Positions 1 through 13,335 of a DNA stretch of 64,000 nt are shown here, in pieces. Numbering within the stretch: the stretch's first letter is position 1; each line of letters begins with the position of its first letter. The notes under the pieces were generated by a model that worked only from the letters and a program-made list of their open reading frames with translations, made no database searches and was not told the DNA's origin. This DNA comes from Ascidiella aspersa (taxonomy: Eukaryota). A program made the position numbers and the translations under genes. The stretch is taken from assembly GCA_963924565.1 (NCBI GenBank), contig OZ004612.1, forward strand, positions 1,798,001 to 1,862,000, written 5' to 3'.

Positions 1-375
1 ATGTGGATAATAATCAAGGAAGCTTGATTTTGAAATTTCAAAAAATGTTTTCATGTATAGTTGTTGCGTTCCAACAACAAAGTTAGGAAAACACAATAAC
101 CTCTTTAGGCAAGTTGTAAATGAGTAAACTTTCCAATGGTATTACAAATAATATAAAATCAAATTCAGAAAAAAAAATATTGCTTTTGTCATTACCATTA
201 CATTTAAATCACTGAATATTCTTAATTTTAATAGTTTTATATAGAATGAAAATAAACAACAAAATAAAGGGTAAAATTGTTTGAAACTACGAAACGTAAA
301 AGATCAGTGTCGCAAAGAAGTAATTTCGAAACGGCCGAAGTCCGAAGTTATGTTGTAAGTAAATACCCAACTTAA

Positions 376-400
376 CCCGGGCAACGCCGGGTATTTCGTT
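376..400 (+). mobile_element. Possible Helitron 3'-terminal hairpin remnant
   Basis: CCCGGGCAACGCCGGGTATTTC resembles the GC-rich subterminal hairpin of non-autonomous Helitrons. The terminal CTAG is not preserved. Confidence 0.35.
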
Positions 401-772
401 GTAACCCTAACGTTAATAATAGCTAAAATGTTCTCTAAAAACGACATAACAGACATTTATTGAAAACAAACAACATGCAACTTCACAATCCATTTGTTCA
501 GTAATTTCTTATAATTTGCACTTGAAAATTATGATTTTACCAAAGTTCTCCTAGGAGAACCGTATTGAATTAAACCCCATATTGCAACCCCAAAGCTATT
601 TTAATTTGTTATTTTGGCAAAGATTTTTTAATTTTTAGTTAAAAGTACTTTTGTATGGTATGTCACATATTGCTCAATATATCTATTTTATTATTTTTTG
701 AAAGTTGACGATTTCCATGTTTTTTCGTACGGCTTTAAAAACCTGTAGGAAATTAGTAAAAGAGTAACGAAA

Positions 773-1161
773 ATGAGGTTGGCATTTTTAGCTTACTCAT
801 TTTTGTGAAAGCTGTCAATCGGTTCCTCAGGGTGCCACGATTATCAGTGGCAATGTAAAAATGAAGAAGCCTGCATCGACCAATGCGATGTTTGCAATGG
901 GTTTGCAAACTGTGACGACTTTACCGACGAATTGGAATGCAAAACTTGCAAGCAAGGCGCGTTTTTATGCCAATTGGAAGGACGTTGTATTCTGCCAAGT
1001 CGGGTTTGTGACGGATCAAGGCTCTGTGTTATAGGCGATGATGAGTCGAATTGTACAACTTGCCCCAAAGATCAGCCTTGGAAATGTGAAACAGGCACCA
1101 AATGCATTATTAGAAGGTCGGTGTGTGATGGGCTGAAGGACTGCGACGACAATAGTTACGA
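773..1161 (+). pseudogene. Truncated pseudogene copy of the LDLa-GPCR (signal peptide plus about 3 LDLa repeats)
   Basis: Closely colinear with 3482-3870. A -1/+1 indel pair in the signal peptide creates TGA at codon 12. Homology stops at 1159-1161, where the sequence jumps to the equivalent of 8141. Confidence 0.92.
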
Positions 1162-3481
1162 CTATTTGGAACCATCAAAAAGGGGACACAGGTACAAAAA
1201 GGCTAAGAACCACTGATCTAAAATGATTAATTCTAGTAATAATTCTCCCAAACACATAACGAGCAACCTACAGCCGCCCGTATAACTGACTTTGGCTACC
1301 AACCCCGTTGAATAACACCTCGGGAAGGCTTTGCACAATTTTCTAAATTCAGGGTAATACGCATTTAAACTTAGGATTTCCAAAAAGCGAAAAACCCCAG
1401 TTGCTTTGCTTGGCCATCTACAATCGTTAAAAGTTTAAACAAATATATTTTGTGAAATACTGAATGCGCTTTTCAAGAAACTAATTCATGCGTTCAATGC
1501 TTTTCCATTATTTGGCTCTGTTTCACAGAGTTGTGAACAAGTCGTTTTAAAATTACTTAAGTCCGAGTGAAGTCTTTTGGAATAAATAACAAGTCAAGCC
1601 CCAGTCCAAGTCATCAGTTGCGCAAGTCAATTCAAAATTAGAGTCAACTTAAAGTCACGCCTTGTGATAACATTAAACGTTAAACTTTTAGAATTTTTAA
1701 ACTAGTATAATTATGAAAAATAACTGAACTAAAAAATTAGACAAACGCCACATTTAGCAAGCAATTTGTTTTATGTGTAAACATTTGGATTAAAAGCTCA
1801 ATTTAATAAAAAAATACTTAAAGAAAACCCTTCATTTCATAAGTCATTACAACATTGCTGCTTCACAATCATTAATGATTTAACGATTTTCAAAATATAC
1901 ATAAAAGATTTTCAAAAATCCATCGTGTTTAATATTTAAAAATGAGATTCATTTATATATAATGTGTTTGTTTGCCTCTAAAATTATTGCAAAAATTTAG
2001 TTAATAACAATCACGTCATTAAAAGTTTTGATTACGTAAAACAATGTCAGTTGTGCCGACATGACTAGTTTAGTTACATGAGCACCGAATTAACAGTTGT
2101 ACCTAGTTAACTGTAAGCGTATTAGGCCGAGAGAGTTCATACTGTATTTGTAACATGTTAAAAAACTCTACAACGCCAATAAATACACGCAGTTCACCTT
2201 AATTAGGAGTAAAACGCCTAAACTCAAATGCCTGCACTGGCTCATGTAATATGAAGGCTGATAAAATTAATCTCGTTGACAAAAAGCAAGTTAGGAAAAA
2301 AATGCTGATTAACTCTAATTGGATTTAAATATTTGTTAGAGTTTCAAACTATTCAGTTTTCTATTTTTTTGGTTGATAAAAGGTTCGTTCAATTATTTAT
2401 GCTCAGTCAGACTTCGTCAGTTATAAAAAAAACATTCCCCCAAAAAACAAGTTTTAAAAAAATAAATGGCTGACTCGTTAATCTGAATGATGCTGTACTG
2501 ATAAGTAAAATTTTTAAGTTTATCTGCTTTGTGTCAATCGTTTAAAATACTGTTCCATAATTGTGCGGTGCCGGAATCAACGATTTATAAATCGAGAGTT
2601 GAACTGCAAACATAATGCAATAATTACTACAATTGTTTCAAAGTTAGTTTTGGCAATTCAAGTGTTTTATATCAATTGTTTGTATATTATTTCTGCGTTG
2701 ACAAGTTGCGTTTTTCGTGTAACGCAAGTTTACCACGAAATATCATGGCTGTAAAACTACTTTCATCAAGATCATATGAAGATTTAATTTATATCTATGT
2801 AAATACTAATCAACGAAGCTTAATTTTGAAATATAAAAAAAGTTTTATTTATGACAAACTGGAGCTTAGGGGGTTCCATTCTAAAAACAGAGTTAGAAAA
2901 AAATAAATATAATTTTTAGTTAGCCGTTAGAAAAGTTTTAAGTGAGTAAGTTTGTTAAGAGTTTTTGTCAAATACAGTTAAATTCAAATTCAAATCAATA
3001 AATATTCTTAATTTTATTTAAATTTCAATATTATATTAAATATCAAAAAACAATAAAATAAAGAGTAAAATTGCTTGAAACTTTTGCGGAACATGAAAGT
3101 CGACCAAGACAATGGATCCCATCATTGTTGCAAAGAAGTAATTTTGAAATATCTCAAGTCCAAATCAAGTAATTTGTAAACTACTTGGGGCATTTTTATT
3201 AAAGGCATTTTTATTAAACAACATTTTAACCAAGTCTTTTGTCAGAATGACTTGAATCAAGTCAAGTCATTTAAAAACAGTGACTTGAGTCTTGTTAAAT
3301 CAAGTCATTGACTGCATTTTTAAGAAGAAAGCATATTTATGTAGTATATTACTCAGAGTATTGTTACAAGTAAACAAACTATTTAACCTGAACAAGTGGT
3401 TTATCTGACAAAGCTGACGAATTGTCCGTTTTTTTCCTACAGCTTTAAAAACCCATAGGAAATTAGTGAAAATTTTCAGAA

Positions 3482-6400
3482 ATGAGGTTAGCATTTTTTG
3501 TTTTACTCACCTTTGTGAAACTGTCAATCAGTTCTTTAGGGTGCCAAGATTATCAGTGGCAATGTAAAAATGGAGAAGCCTGCATCGACCAATGCGATGT
3601 TTGCAATGGGTTTGCAAACTGTGACGACTTTACCGACGAATTGGAATGCAAAACTTGCAAGCAAGGCGCGTTCAGGTGCGAATTGGAAGAACGTTGTATT
3701 CTGCCAAGTCGGGTTTGCGATGGTTCAATGCTTTGTGTTACAGGCGATGATGAGTTGTACTGTACAACTTGCCCCAAAGATCGGCCTTGGAAATGTAAAA
3801 CAGGCACCAAATGCATTACTAAAAGGTCGGTGTGTGATGGGCTGAAGGACTGCGACGACAATAGTGACGAACTGAACTGCGCGATATCGTGCAATGACTT
3901 TCAGTGGAGATGCAAAGACGGGAGCGAATGTATCGATTCCCAGTCGATTTGTAACGCAATAAAAGACTGTAAAGATGGGAGCGACGAGTTGAACTGTTAT
4001 GGAAATTGCTTCAACGAAGACTGGTTTTGCCAAGATAAGAGCAGATGTATTTCTCAGGGTTGGATTTGCGACGGAATTGCAAATTGTGACGACAACACCG
4101 ACGAGATGAACTGTACAACTTGCAAAAACAACGCTTGGCTGTGTGAAGATAAAAGCAAGTGTATCGAGCAAAGTTTTGTTTGTGATGGGTTGAAGAATTG
4201 TGAAGACAACAGTGACGAGTCGAACTGCACAACGTGCCCCGACGATCGATGGAAATGCGGAAATGGAAGCGTTTGTGTTGATCAATGCTATGTTTGTAAT
4301 GGAGTGAAGTATTGTAGAGATAATAGCGACGAGTCAAACTGCGGAGCTTGCCAGGTTGGTAGACATCTAATGTGCGGTTGTTTGTCCCACCTAAGTCCAT
4401 GCAAACCAAACGGGAAGTGCATAAAGGAACATCAACTTGCAGATGGAGTTAAGGATTGTGAAAATGGAGACGACGAACCTTGTATTTGGTCTGAAGCAAG
4501 TTACTTTCAGAATTCTTGGCGCTGTTCGGATGAGTTCAACATGGACATTCTGCTTTCGTTTCGGTCTTACAATGAACAATTCAACTGCAGCAAAATACTT
4601 GGTCCTTGTGAAGATGGAAAAGACAAACGTTGCTACACTGGAGAGTGGCTTTGCTCGAACTGGGCTATTTCAAATTTGTACGAGCGAATTGACGGATTGT
4701 TTGGCAATAAACACGACCGCTGCGTCAATCCTAAACTTGGCTTTGGATTCAAATGTTTAGAATTAACGCTTGCATCGCACAAGCCAAATACATGTCGCTT
4801 ACCACAATCGAATATTTACGACGATGCTGCTCAATGTGGAGACGAGTCGGATTTGTGCTTCGTTGAAGGTGAATTTAAGTGCTTTTTGTGCTTGGATGAA
4901 AGACTGGTGATATCTCAACAACAAGTCTGCGACGGAATTGTGGACTGCTACGATCTTTCCGATGAATGTTTATGTGGAAACCAGACTGTTTGTGATGCAA
5001 TATTGGGCGACGCTAGAGACACTTGCCCTCCCAATCAAATACATTGCCACAATGAAACTGACTGCTTGAATATTGAAGATGCTTTATGCAATGAAGAAGT
5101 CAGTTGCGCGAAACAGTCCAACATTAGGTGCAGCAGTTCACGGAATCAAAGCTTAGAAACAGTTACATGCAATGTTTTTGACATAAGTTATTACACTTAT
5201 AAGTTGGCCAAAGCGACGAAATGCGACGGAAGACCCGAGTGTCAATATTTGTCTGATGAATGTGATGATTGTGCAACCCGACCCCCCTTCTGTGATGACT
5301 TGTGTGCATCAAGTAGTATATTTGAGATATTTGTCTGCCGGGGTTTATTGATGGTAGAGCAAAACGAATCAGTTTGCAACGAAATCGAAAAAAACCTTTG
5401 CCCGAAACGCTACAATTGTCGGCACGGCTCAAGGTTTGCCAGCATTGACGTCACTTTGCTTTGTGACGGAATAATCCAGTGTAATGACGAATCAGATGAA
5501 ATGGAGTCTCGGTGCAAGGACACAAGGTTTTATTGCGTCAACAAAGAACCATTGTCGGTCGACATCGACTTGGTTGAAGATGGACTACAACAGTGTTCGG
5601 ACGGAAGTGACGAATGCCCGGATGTTAGCAAGTATGACACCGTGTTTTCAAATGTGAAAGAAATGATTGCAAACCTTTTTTTTAGAGTAATGTTCTGGGT
5701 CATGGGATTTCTAGCTGTGGGTGGAAATTTTACTGTTTTTGTTACCACCTTTAAGGAAATGGCTACTTATAAAAAATCAAGTGAAGTAAAAAAAATGAAT
5801 CATTTTTTTATTTTAAATTTGTCTTTTGCCGATTTTTTGATGGGTGTTTATTTGCTTGGTATAGCTGCTAAAGGCGCCCAACTTTCAGGTGATTATTGTT
5901 TGAATGATGCCGCATGGCGAACAAGGATTCCTTGCAGTTTGTTCGGTTTTCTGGTAATCCTAGCTTCTGATGCAAGTGCTTTAATTATGGCAACAATGAC
6001 AGCTTATCGACTTTATACTGTGTGTAATCCATTTGAAACTAGGGATATAAAACTCTATAAGGTTTATTTGTCTTGTATTTCTGCATGGCTTGTAAGTATC
6101 TTGCTTGCAGCCGCACCCTTAATTCCTTACCCATCTGGTTACTTTATTTCTCATGTTTGGTTTCCAAATCTGTTTTATAAAACGTCCAGAGTTCCCCGAA
6201 ACGAAACACTGCTTCTTGCAAAACGAATTTTAAAGGATAATTTTACTGATCAACCTTGGTATGACATAAAACAACTAATAAGCTCAACATTTCCACGATT
6301 TCCTATTAAAGGTGAATTTGGTTACTATGGTGAAACTAGCGTTTGCATGCCTAGGTTGTTTGCTTCAGTAAATGAGTCTTCTTGGCAATATTCAACCTTT

Positions 6401-6783
6401 CTGATAACCCTTAACTGTACATTGTTTATTTTCATGTTTGTGTCTTATATTGTCATTTACATTAAAAGTAACAACATGTCGATGCTAAAAAGAAACAAGC
6501 CAACACTAAATTGCAAAGGCGTATTTCTCGCTTGCTTTTTACTGACTTTTGTTGCTGGATTCCTTTATGCATTTGTGGCTTCTTGGCTGTATCTGGTTTT
6601 CCACTTTCCAAAGATGTTTACATTATTAGTGCTGGCATTTTGCTCCCCATTAATAGTGCAGTGAACCCATTACTTTACTCAAACTGGCTTGATGCTTTTT
6701 ATATTCGCTGCAAAAGTCTTATTATGACCAGGATTCAAAACCTTGGCAGCGAAACTGAACCGAGCGAGAATGTGCCTGGCTAA
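3482..6783 (+). CDS. Intronless LDL-receptor class A repeat-containing rhodopsin-family GPCR (relaxin receptor/GRL101-related TM domain, no LRR); 1-bp frameshift at about 6487-6491
   Basis: Signal peptide MRLAFFVLLTFVKLSISSLG; 7-8 canonical LDLa repeats (C..CDG..DC.D.SDE.NC) followed by about 6 degenerate ones. TM1 is FWVMGFLAVGGN and TM2 is NLSFADFLMGVYL. TM6 (TDFCCWIP) and TM7 (PINSAVNPLLY) lie in the other-frame ORF 6511-6783. Adding one A to the A5 run joins the two frames. Confidence 0.9.
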
Positions 6784-7635
6784 TCTCAGCTCATCTAAAA
6801 GTTTTGTTTTAAAATAGTAAAACTTTAAGTTTGTTTTTTGCAATTGCTATTTCTATACCCATGCTGCTTTTCTGAAACTTAAAAGTGAAACTGAACCATA
6901 ATAGGCCGCATAGTTAATCAGTAATTTTGTTTCACTGCTATATTTGAGCTGTATTTATTGCTTACATTTTTTTCAGTGTTGATATTTTTTATTGTTATTA
7001 AACAATGTACCAGTAATTAACCATAACCTTAGTAAATAAGTATGACTATATTTTCTATTATTGCTTATGCTAAACCTATTTTTATAGCGTTTTCACAAAT
7101 TCTTGTTTTTAATTGTGTTAATGAATTATAATCAAATATATATAACAGAAATACAGTTTTGCGTGTTTCTTTGTGCAAAAGGTTAAACGAGTAGTACTTT
7201 AACCTTTAGCGAGAATGCGAGCTTATTGAAACGTAAAGCTTCAAAACCATAGCCTTGTTAAAATATTATTGGTACGTTAGCAAAAAGCAATTTCAGCAGA
7301 AAAAAGTTATCCATTTTTATATTTGTGATAAGATTTATTTATTTTAGAAAAGTATTTTTACAGGTTAACGTTCATTGATTTTTATCACCTTCCATTAATA
7401 AAGCTTTTCACAATTTTTAAACAAGCCAGTTTGAAACTATTTAAGTCTAAGTGAAGTATTTTGCAAAAAATAACAATTCAAGCTCCAGTCCAAGTCATTA
7501 TTTTCACTAGGGTTGTACTCCACTAATGTATGCACAAGCAAGCAAAGCTATTGGTAAAAGCTGCATTATTACAACAAAATACTTTGTATACTGAACAAAC
7601 ATTAGGTAATAATTTAATTATGCAATCATCTAAAA

Positions 7636-8197
7636 CTGTGGTTCTCAACCGGGGTCCGCAAAACGTTTTCAGTGAGTCTGCAAAAACTCCTAAATATACC
7701 TTCATTAAATAAATTAACGCTTGGAAGTTATAAACACGCTTAATCACAACTTTGGTAAGTGACAAATCACATTGTAACATTTTGAAAATCGCATTGAGTG
7801 TGACGTAACACTTTCATTATGATGTAACACACATATATTGTAAAATGGAAGTCGGCATTACTACAGTTCACATGTAGCCTACTGGATTTTTAGCTTAGTT
7901 AGCCTATCGTTCGTAAAGATGACATCCGTCTATCACTGTTAAAACACAACCACGCATTTAAAAACTTGCTTCGTGAGATGCAGCAGCAAAAATCGCATTA
8001 TAACAAACGAGTCATAATAAAGGAATTTGGTGTTTTCTGTTACTTATACTGAATTTATGAAATTATTAAAATATACTGAATTATGAATTGTTAAAACGAA
8101 CTAAACCCAGTTATTACACCAGAAAAATCTAAGGGGTCCGCGACTATTTGAAAGCATCAAAAAGGGGATACAGGTACAAAAAGGCTAAGAACCACTG
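7636..8197. mobile_element. hAT-type MITE
   Basis: Ends CTGTGGTTCTCAACC / GGCTAAGAACCACTG; perfect 8-bp TSD ATCTAAAA (7628-7635, 8198-8205). A copy of its right end is at 1159-1215. Confidence 0.9.
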
Positions 8198-10749
8198 ATC
8201 TAAAATGATTAATTCTAGTAATAATTCTTCCTAACACATATAACGAGCAACCTACAGCCGCCCGTATAAATGACACCGGGACCAACCCCGGTGAATAACA
8301 CCTCGGGAAGGCTTTGCACAATTTTCTAAATTCAGGGTAATACGCATTTAAACTTAGGATTTCCAAAAAACGAAAAACCCAGTTGCCTGTCAAAATATAC
8401 ATCGACGATTTTCAAAAATCTATTGTGTTTAATATTCAAAAATGAGATTTATATAATGTGGGAAACAAAATTTAGTAACAATGACATCATTAAAAGTTTA
8501 GATTACGTAAATTCGAAAAACAATGACAGTTGTGCCGACATGACGAGTTTAGTTACATGAGCACCGAATTAACAGTTGTACCTAGTTAACTGTTGGCGTA
8601 TTAGGGCGAGTTAGTTCATACTGTATTTGTAATGTGTTAAAAAACTAAACGCCAATAAACACACGCAGTTAACCTTATTAACGAGTAAAACGTCTGACCC
8701 TAAATGGATGCATTGGCGCATGTAACTTTACTAATGATAAAATTAGTCTCGTTAACAAAAAGCAAATAACATAAAAATAATTTCCAGGGTTACTCTCATT
8801 GGCGTTTCGAATATTCGTTAGATTGTTTAAACTATGCATCGGCTCCCAACAAGCAGAAAGCAGCTGGGAAGGACAACTCTGCTCCAAAACACAGCAACCC
8901 TGATGGGAAGTATTGTAAAAAAACAAAAATACTCTTTAAATTGATTTGCATATTGAAAAGTCCTTGTAAAACCTATTTTCAAATATTCTTTAAATTTTTT
9001 TATGTCCAACTTAAATTACTGTTTAAATAAAACACCAAAGTAAAACGGTTTTTGTTTTGAAATTATAGAATAAAATTACTTTGCATGGCATTTTGTGTTG
9101 TATGTTTTTTCGAGCAGCGTACGTGACTATAGGAAATAGTTATATTTTCCCGATGTAATAGGTTTACAGTCAACTAAGTGCATTTTATATTACATAACAT
9201 TTGTTACATAACTATGTGTACTACATAACATTGTGTTACATAACTGTGTTTTATAACTCTGTACTACATACCAGTTTGTTACATAATTGCTTTTTACAAC
9301 TGTTTACTACATAATGTGCTTTGAAAAACAATTCAAAGGCTGTTAACAATTTGCTAGTTAGCCTATCCGGTGACGTAGAATTATTGAGACCCCTGTAATT
9401 TGCCAAAATATCCTTCTAGGGTAATTACTCACAAGTTTGTGAGGGAATACCTCACAAGTTAGGAAAAACATTACCATTATGTCGAGTTGTTAACTTACTG
9501 GTGTTAAAGGGAAACTAACATTAATACCAATTTGGATAATTGTGTTTAAAACCACCATCTGCGTTTCTTTAAATTGTCGAGTCTCACTGTATAATTGATC
9601 ACAAGAATTTGGGTTTATTAACAAAAAGAAACGAAAATTCGCGTTAAAATGTTGTTGTTGTTATAAATGTTTTTACATATTCAATATGAGCTTAAAAACA
9701 TTCTTAAGCATTTAAATTTGGCAGTTTGATTTTATTACTTGCAATCATTATTATGCAAAATTGAACGGTGTCATGCAACATTGGTTTGTCATCTTTGAAG
9801 TCTAATGATAAGATAATAGGAAATTAATTTGTCTAGGGATTAAATATTATTTGAACAATATGACTTTTGTCTTCTTTGTTGGATGGTGAATCTGTAAAAT
9901 ATAAATAAATTTTATGTTTTAATTACACGTTATATACTAAACACATTGCCAGTCTACATAAGTACATATTTCTTCCTCCTAAGTTCATACTAACCAACGA
10001 CAACGCATATCTATAGTGACTGTGCGCTCAAAATCAATCGACAAAAACTAAACACTTGTGAAGGGAACAGACAAAATATCTTAATTATCAACAAATTGTG
10101 TTAACCTTACGATTAGTCGTCATGTGGAGATGCTTTTTCTTCCTTAAATCCCTTCCTTTCATTTCCTTTCGTTCCCCCCTAAAAAAATACAGTTGAAACT
10201 TGAAACTTAGTAAAAAATGTTCCACAGATAAATTTGTTGTAAAATTATTTCACATCAAGTAAATATATAGCCATACGAAGTGGCTAAATCTCTAATATTT
10301 TGTTAATTAAGAAGTATTGTAAGTGAAGCTCAAAAGTCAATAACTTGTAAATGTATTCAGACGTAAAAGAAAACATTCTATACCGGATGCCTTCAGAAAT
10401 TACCAAATTCAGTTTGTCAGAATTCATGCAAGGCAATTAATTAGAGAAATATCTATTAGCCTGAAGTAATGTGACGAACTTGGCATCGCTCTACCGACTG
10501 AGCTACGCACAAATTTAAGTCATGTCGCCCATCAAAGACGTAGCCAGGATATTAAGCACCCGGGGGCAAACTACGAAATAGGCGCACCCTCCTCCATGTT
10601 TAATCATATTTTCTATTGCATTAACATAATATACCTTAGTTTATAGGAAAAACAATTTAAATTTTAATATAGGCAATCTCATTTTGACGCCCGGGACATA
10701 TGTATCCCACCGCCCCCCGTAACTGTTGTCGCCTAACAAAAGTTTGTGG

Positions 10750-12120
10750 CAATAAGAAATACATACAAATTTGCAGTTTACCGAAACAGTATAGACAAAA
10801 TAAATAAATTATTGAATAAAACTCGACAAAACTTTTGTTTAAATAGTTTTAATGTAACTGACCTTAATACGTGCGAGATTTTCCAGGTTTTTGTGTAAAA
10901 TCGACGGCTTCATACAGGTGCCACTTTCACCGCTCGATGTCGCCCTTAAGCTCCATTAGTTTCCCGCAAATAAATCTCAAACTGGGCAAGCTTTAACGCT
11001 CAACTTCTGTGAGTAAACAACTAATTAGCCAATTACTTATAAAGCATCAATCAGCTTGGACATCCTGTTTGCTGATTGGTCAATATAAGTCACGTGGTGG
11101 CAATCTACCGTGCTTTTCAGAGATCAATTTTGTGTTTGTCCTTTTAAATGATTTCCACGGAAATTTATGAAAAAATATAAGACAAGCTTATTGCTTAGAC
11201 ACGACGTAAAATCGTATGGGAATCAACTTGAATTTTTATGATTTTAGTTCAAACATAAGAAAGCTATATATAAAAAAACAAAGGTATTGGAAAGCCCATT
11301 AAATCGCATTTTGATATTGTTCACATTGGCTGTTAAGATCAAAGAAACGCGAAAACGTGACGTCAATGCGCTTTTTGGCGAAAACCATTCAATCAAAGTA
11401 AGTCAAGACATACTAAAAACATAATTAAGATTCGTGCCGAGCGCGAAACATTTGCCATTTACACAGTAATTGTCGGCAAATGCTGTGGTTATTTCAGGCC
11501 ATTGTCACGTGCCCCCTGGAGCCGCCCCCCGGTGCTAAATAGTTTAGGAGTAAAATTTCGCTTGAATATCTGTAAATGCTTTTTAGCAGTAGTGATTGCA
11601 AATCATTTAATGGTGATTCCACTGAGGTAAGAAATCTGCGGCTTACTAAGTAAAAAGGAAAATAAAATCCAGGCACAAACAGCTGTACACCCTTATTTTA
11701 ACTGAATACCTCTGTACCTACTTTATGCTGCATTCAACAGTGTTAGAACCAATGGTTCAGAAATAACTTACTTAATTTCATTGCTGCTAAAGCAAAAAGT
11801 TTATTCCCTCATGAATTTGAACCAAACTTTTTAGCAACTGATTATTTTGCTATATGACAAACTAGTTTGCAAATTAAAAACCCTGTTAATTTATAATTTT
11901 AAAGGTCACCGCTTTTTTTGTCAAATATGCTGACTCCCACCCAATAAAGTTCTTAAAATTTTGTTAATTTCTTTGCAAATCAGAAAGCTTGTTGTTGTTT
12001 TAATTAGTGATTTAACTAATTACTTTTACCACTGTTTAAAATCGTTTCGCAATTTTTTTTTATTTTTGCACCGAGTTACAACTTTACAAATTAAATAATC
12101 GATTATTTTGGTCTATATTT
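10750..12120. repeat. Segmental duplication block (paralogs at about 13950-14830 and 25270-26460)
   Basis: Colinear shared strings such as CCGCTCGATGTCGCCCTT, GTCACGTG, AAACGTGACGTCAA and CAAATATGCTGACTC occur in all three places. Confidence 0.85.
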
Positions 12121-13109
12121 GAAATGACTATTTTCCCGTTTTCCTCGGTATATTCTTGTTTAACAAAACTTTCAGAAATTACTGTTTTTTGATTGAATTG
12201 AATTTCCCCAAAATCCAAACAAAAATTTGTAGAAAGCTAAATGTCAATGTCCAAGATTATCACATTGCTTGTTGTATTTGAAAGTGAATTGTGACTCATT
12301 GGTAACTTGGTTAAAATAACTTTGCATAACTAATTAAATTTCATTTGGCCATACTTTTTTTAAACCAAATTGTTAAACCTTGTCTTGTGGATCTCTATCG
12401 CCCTCTAGAGCAGTGCTTGGCAACCTGTGTGACGCGACGTTCCCGGGGGTGTGCTATTTGCTGTTTTAAGGGTACTTTTTAATAATCAGTCAAACGCGAA
12501 GTTAACGCGAAAATGTATCTTCTTTCATCAAGCAACAGCAAAATAATCTAGCAAACCAAGATTATTTTGCTGTTACTGATCAGGAATTAAGGTCGACATT
12601 TATCTTGCAAGGGTCAAGGTGATTTCTATTATTCACATATTCAGTGCAACATATTCTTTCATCAAGGCAGGTATTTTGACCTTATGCCATATTCCAGGTG
12701 TATTTTATGAACTTTTCATAAAGTTTTTAAACTTTTGAAACTTTTTTTTAAAGCCTATGTTACCTTCTATCGCCGAAAATCGCTTATCAAAATGTTTTTT
12801 TAATTGACACTTGAAACTTTACACCAAAGTGGAAAGGGAGATTAACCATACTTTCAAAACCCATGAAATATTATTGTAAATATATTTGTTATTTTTCCAC
12901 GGAAAATAAAATCATATCGTTGTAAATATTTAGAAATAAACTGGTAAGTACTCAACAAATATTTTGAAAGGAATATTGGAAAACAAATCTTTTAAGCTTC
13001 TTAAAAATCAACAGCTTCGTACTAGTGACACTTCTACCGCCCGATGTCGCCCTTGAGCTCGATTAATTAACCGCGATCAATTGGCTGAAGCTTAATCTGA
13101 GCAAGGCTG

Positions 13110-13335
13110 TCAGAACAACACGGCGCTGCCAATGAGAGACCTTTCATGTTCGCATGTATCAGTTGGTTTATCGTTTATGTGTCGATATCTGTAACCTTAG
13201 TTTGTGGATAACAATTGCGGTTTCTTAACATTGACTTTTTATATTTATCGACAAATCAGACGAACCTTGATCTCTTTGCAATTTCGAGTTTTTTGTTGTG
13301 TACACGTTGCGTTTAGATAACAGACTTTCAGCCAT
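13110..13335 (-). pseudogene. Decayed 5' fragment of an NTase-TPR paralog
   Basis: With frameshifts, the minus strand reads MAESLLSKRNVYTT..EIAKEIK..TAIVIHKL..YRHINDK..ERSLIGSAVLF. This matches the intact gene's N-terminus (ELAKELK..SAKVIHQLG..ISLIRSAVLL). Confidence 0.7.

Noticed and set aside
3553-5748. Antisense and alternate-frame ORFs over the GPCR, and similar ones over the TPR and copia regions
   Set aside because: Shadow ORFs of real coding sequence with no independent motifs.
6480-6500. Programmed -1 ribosomal frameshift in the GPCR
   Set aside because: The in-frame context A-AAA-AGA is not a canonical slippery heptamer and no stimulatory structure is evident; mutation or assembly error is simpler.
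12411-12450. Isolated hAT-like ends (12411, 37844, about 44197, 50774)
   Set aside because: No partner end with a matching TSD was found, so element boundaries cannot be supported.
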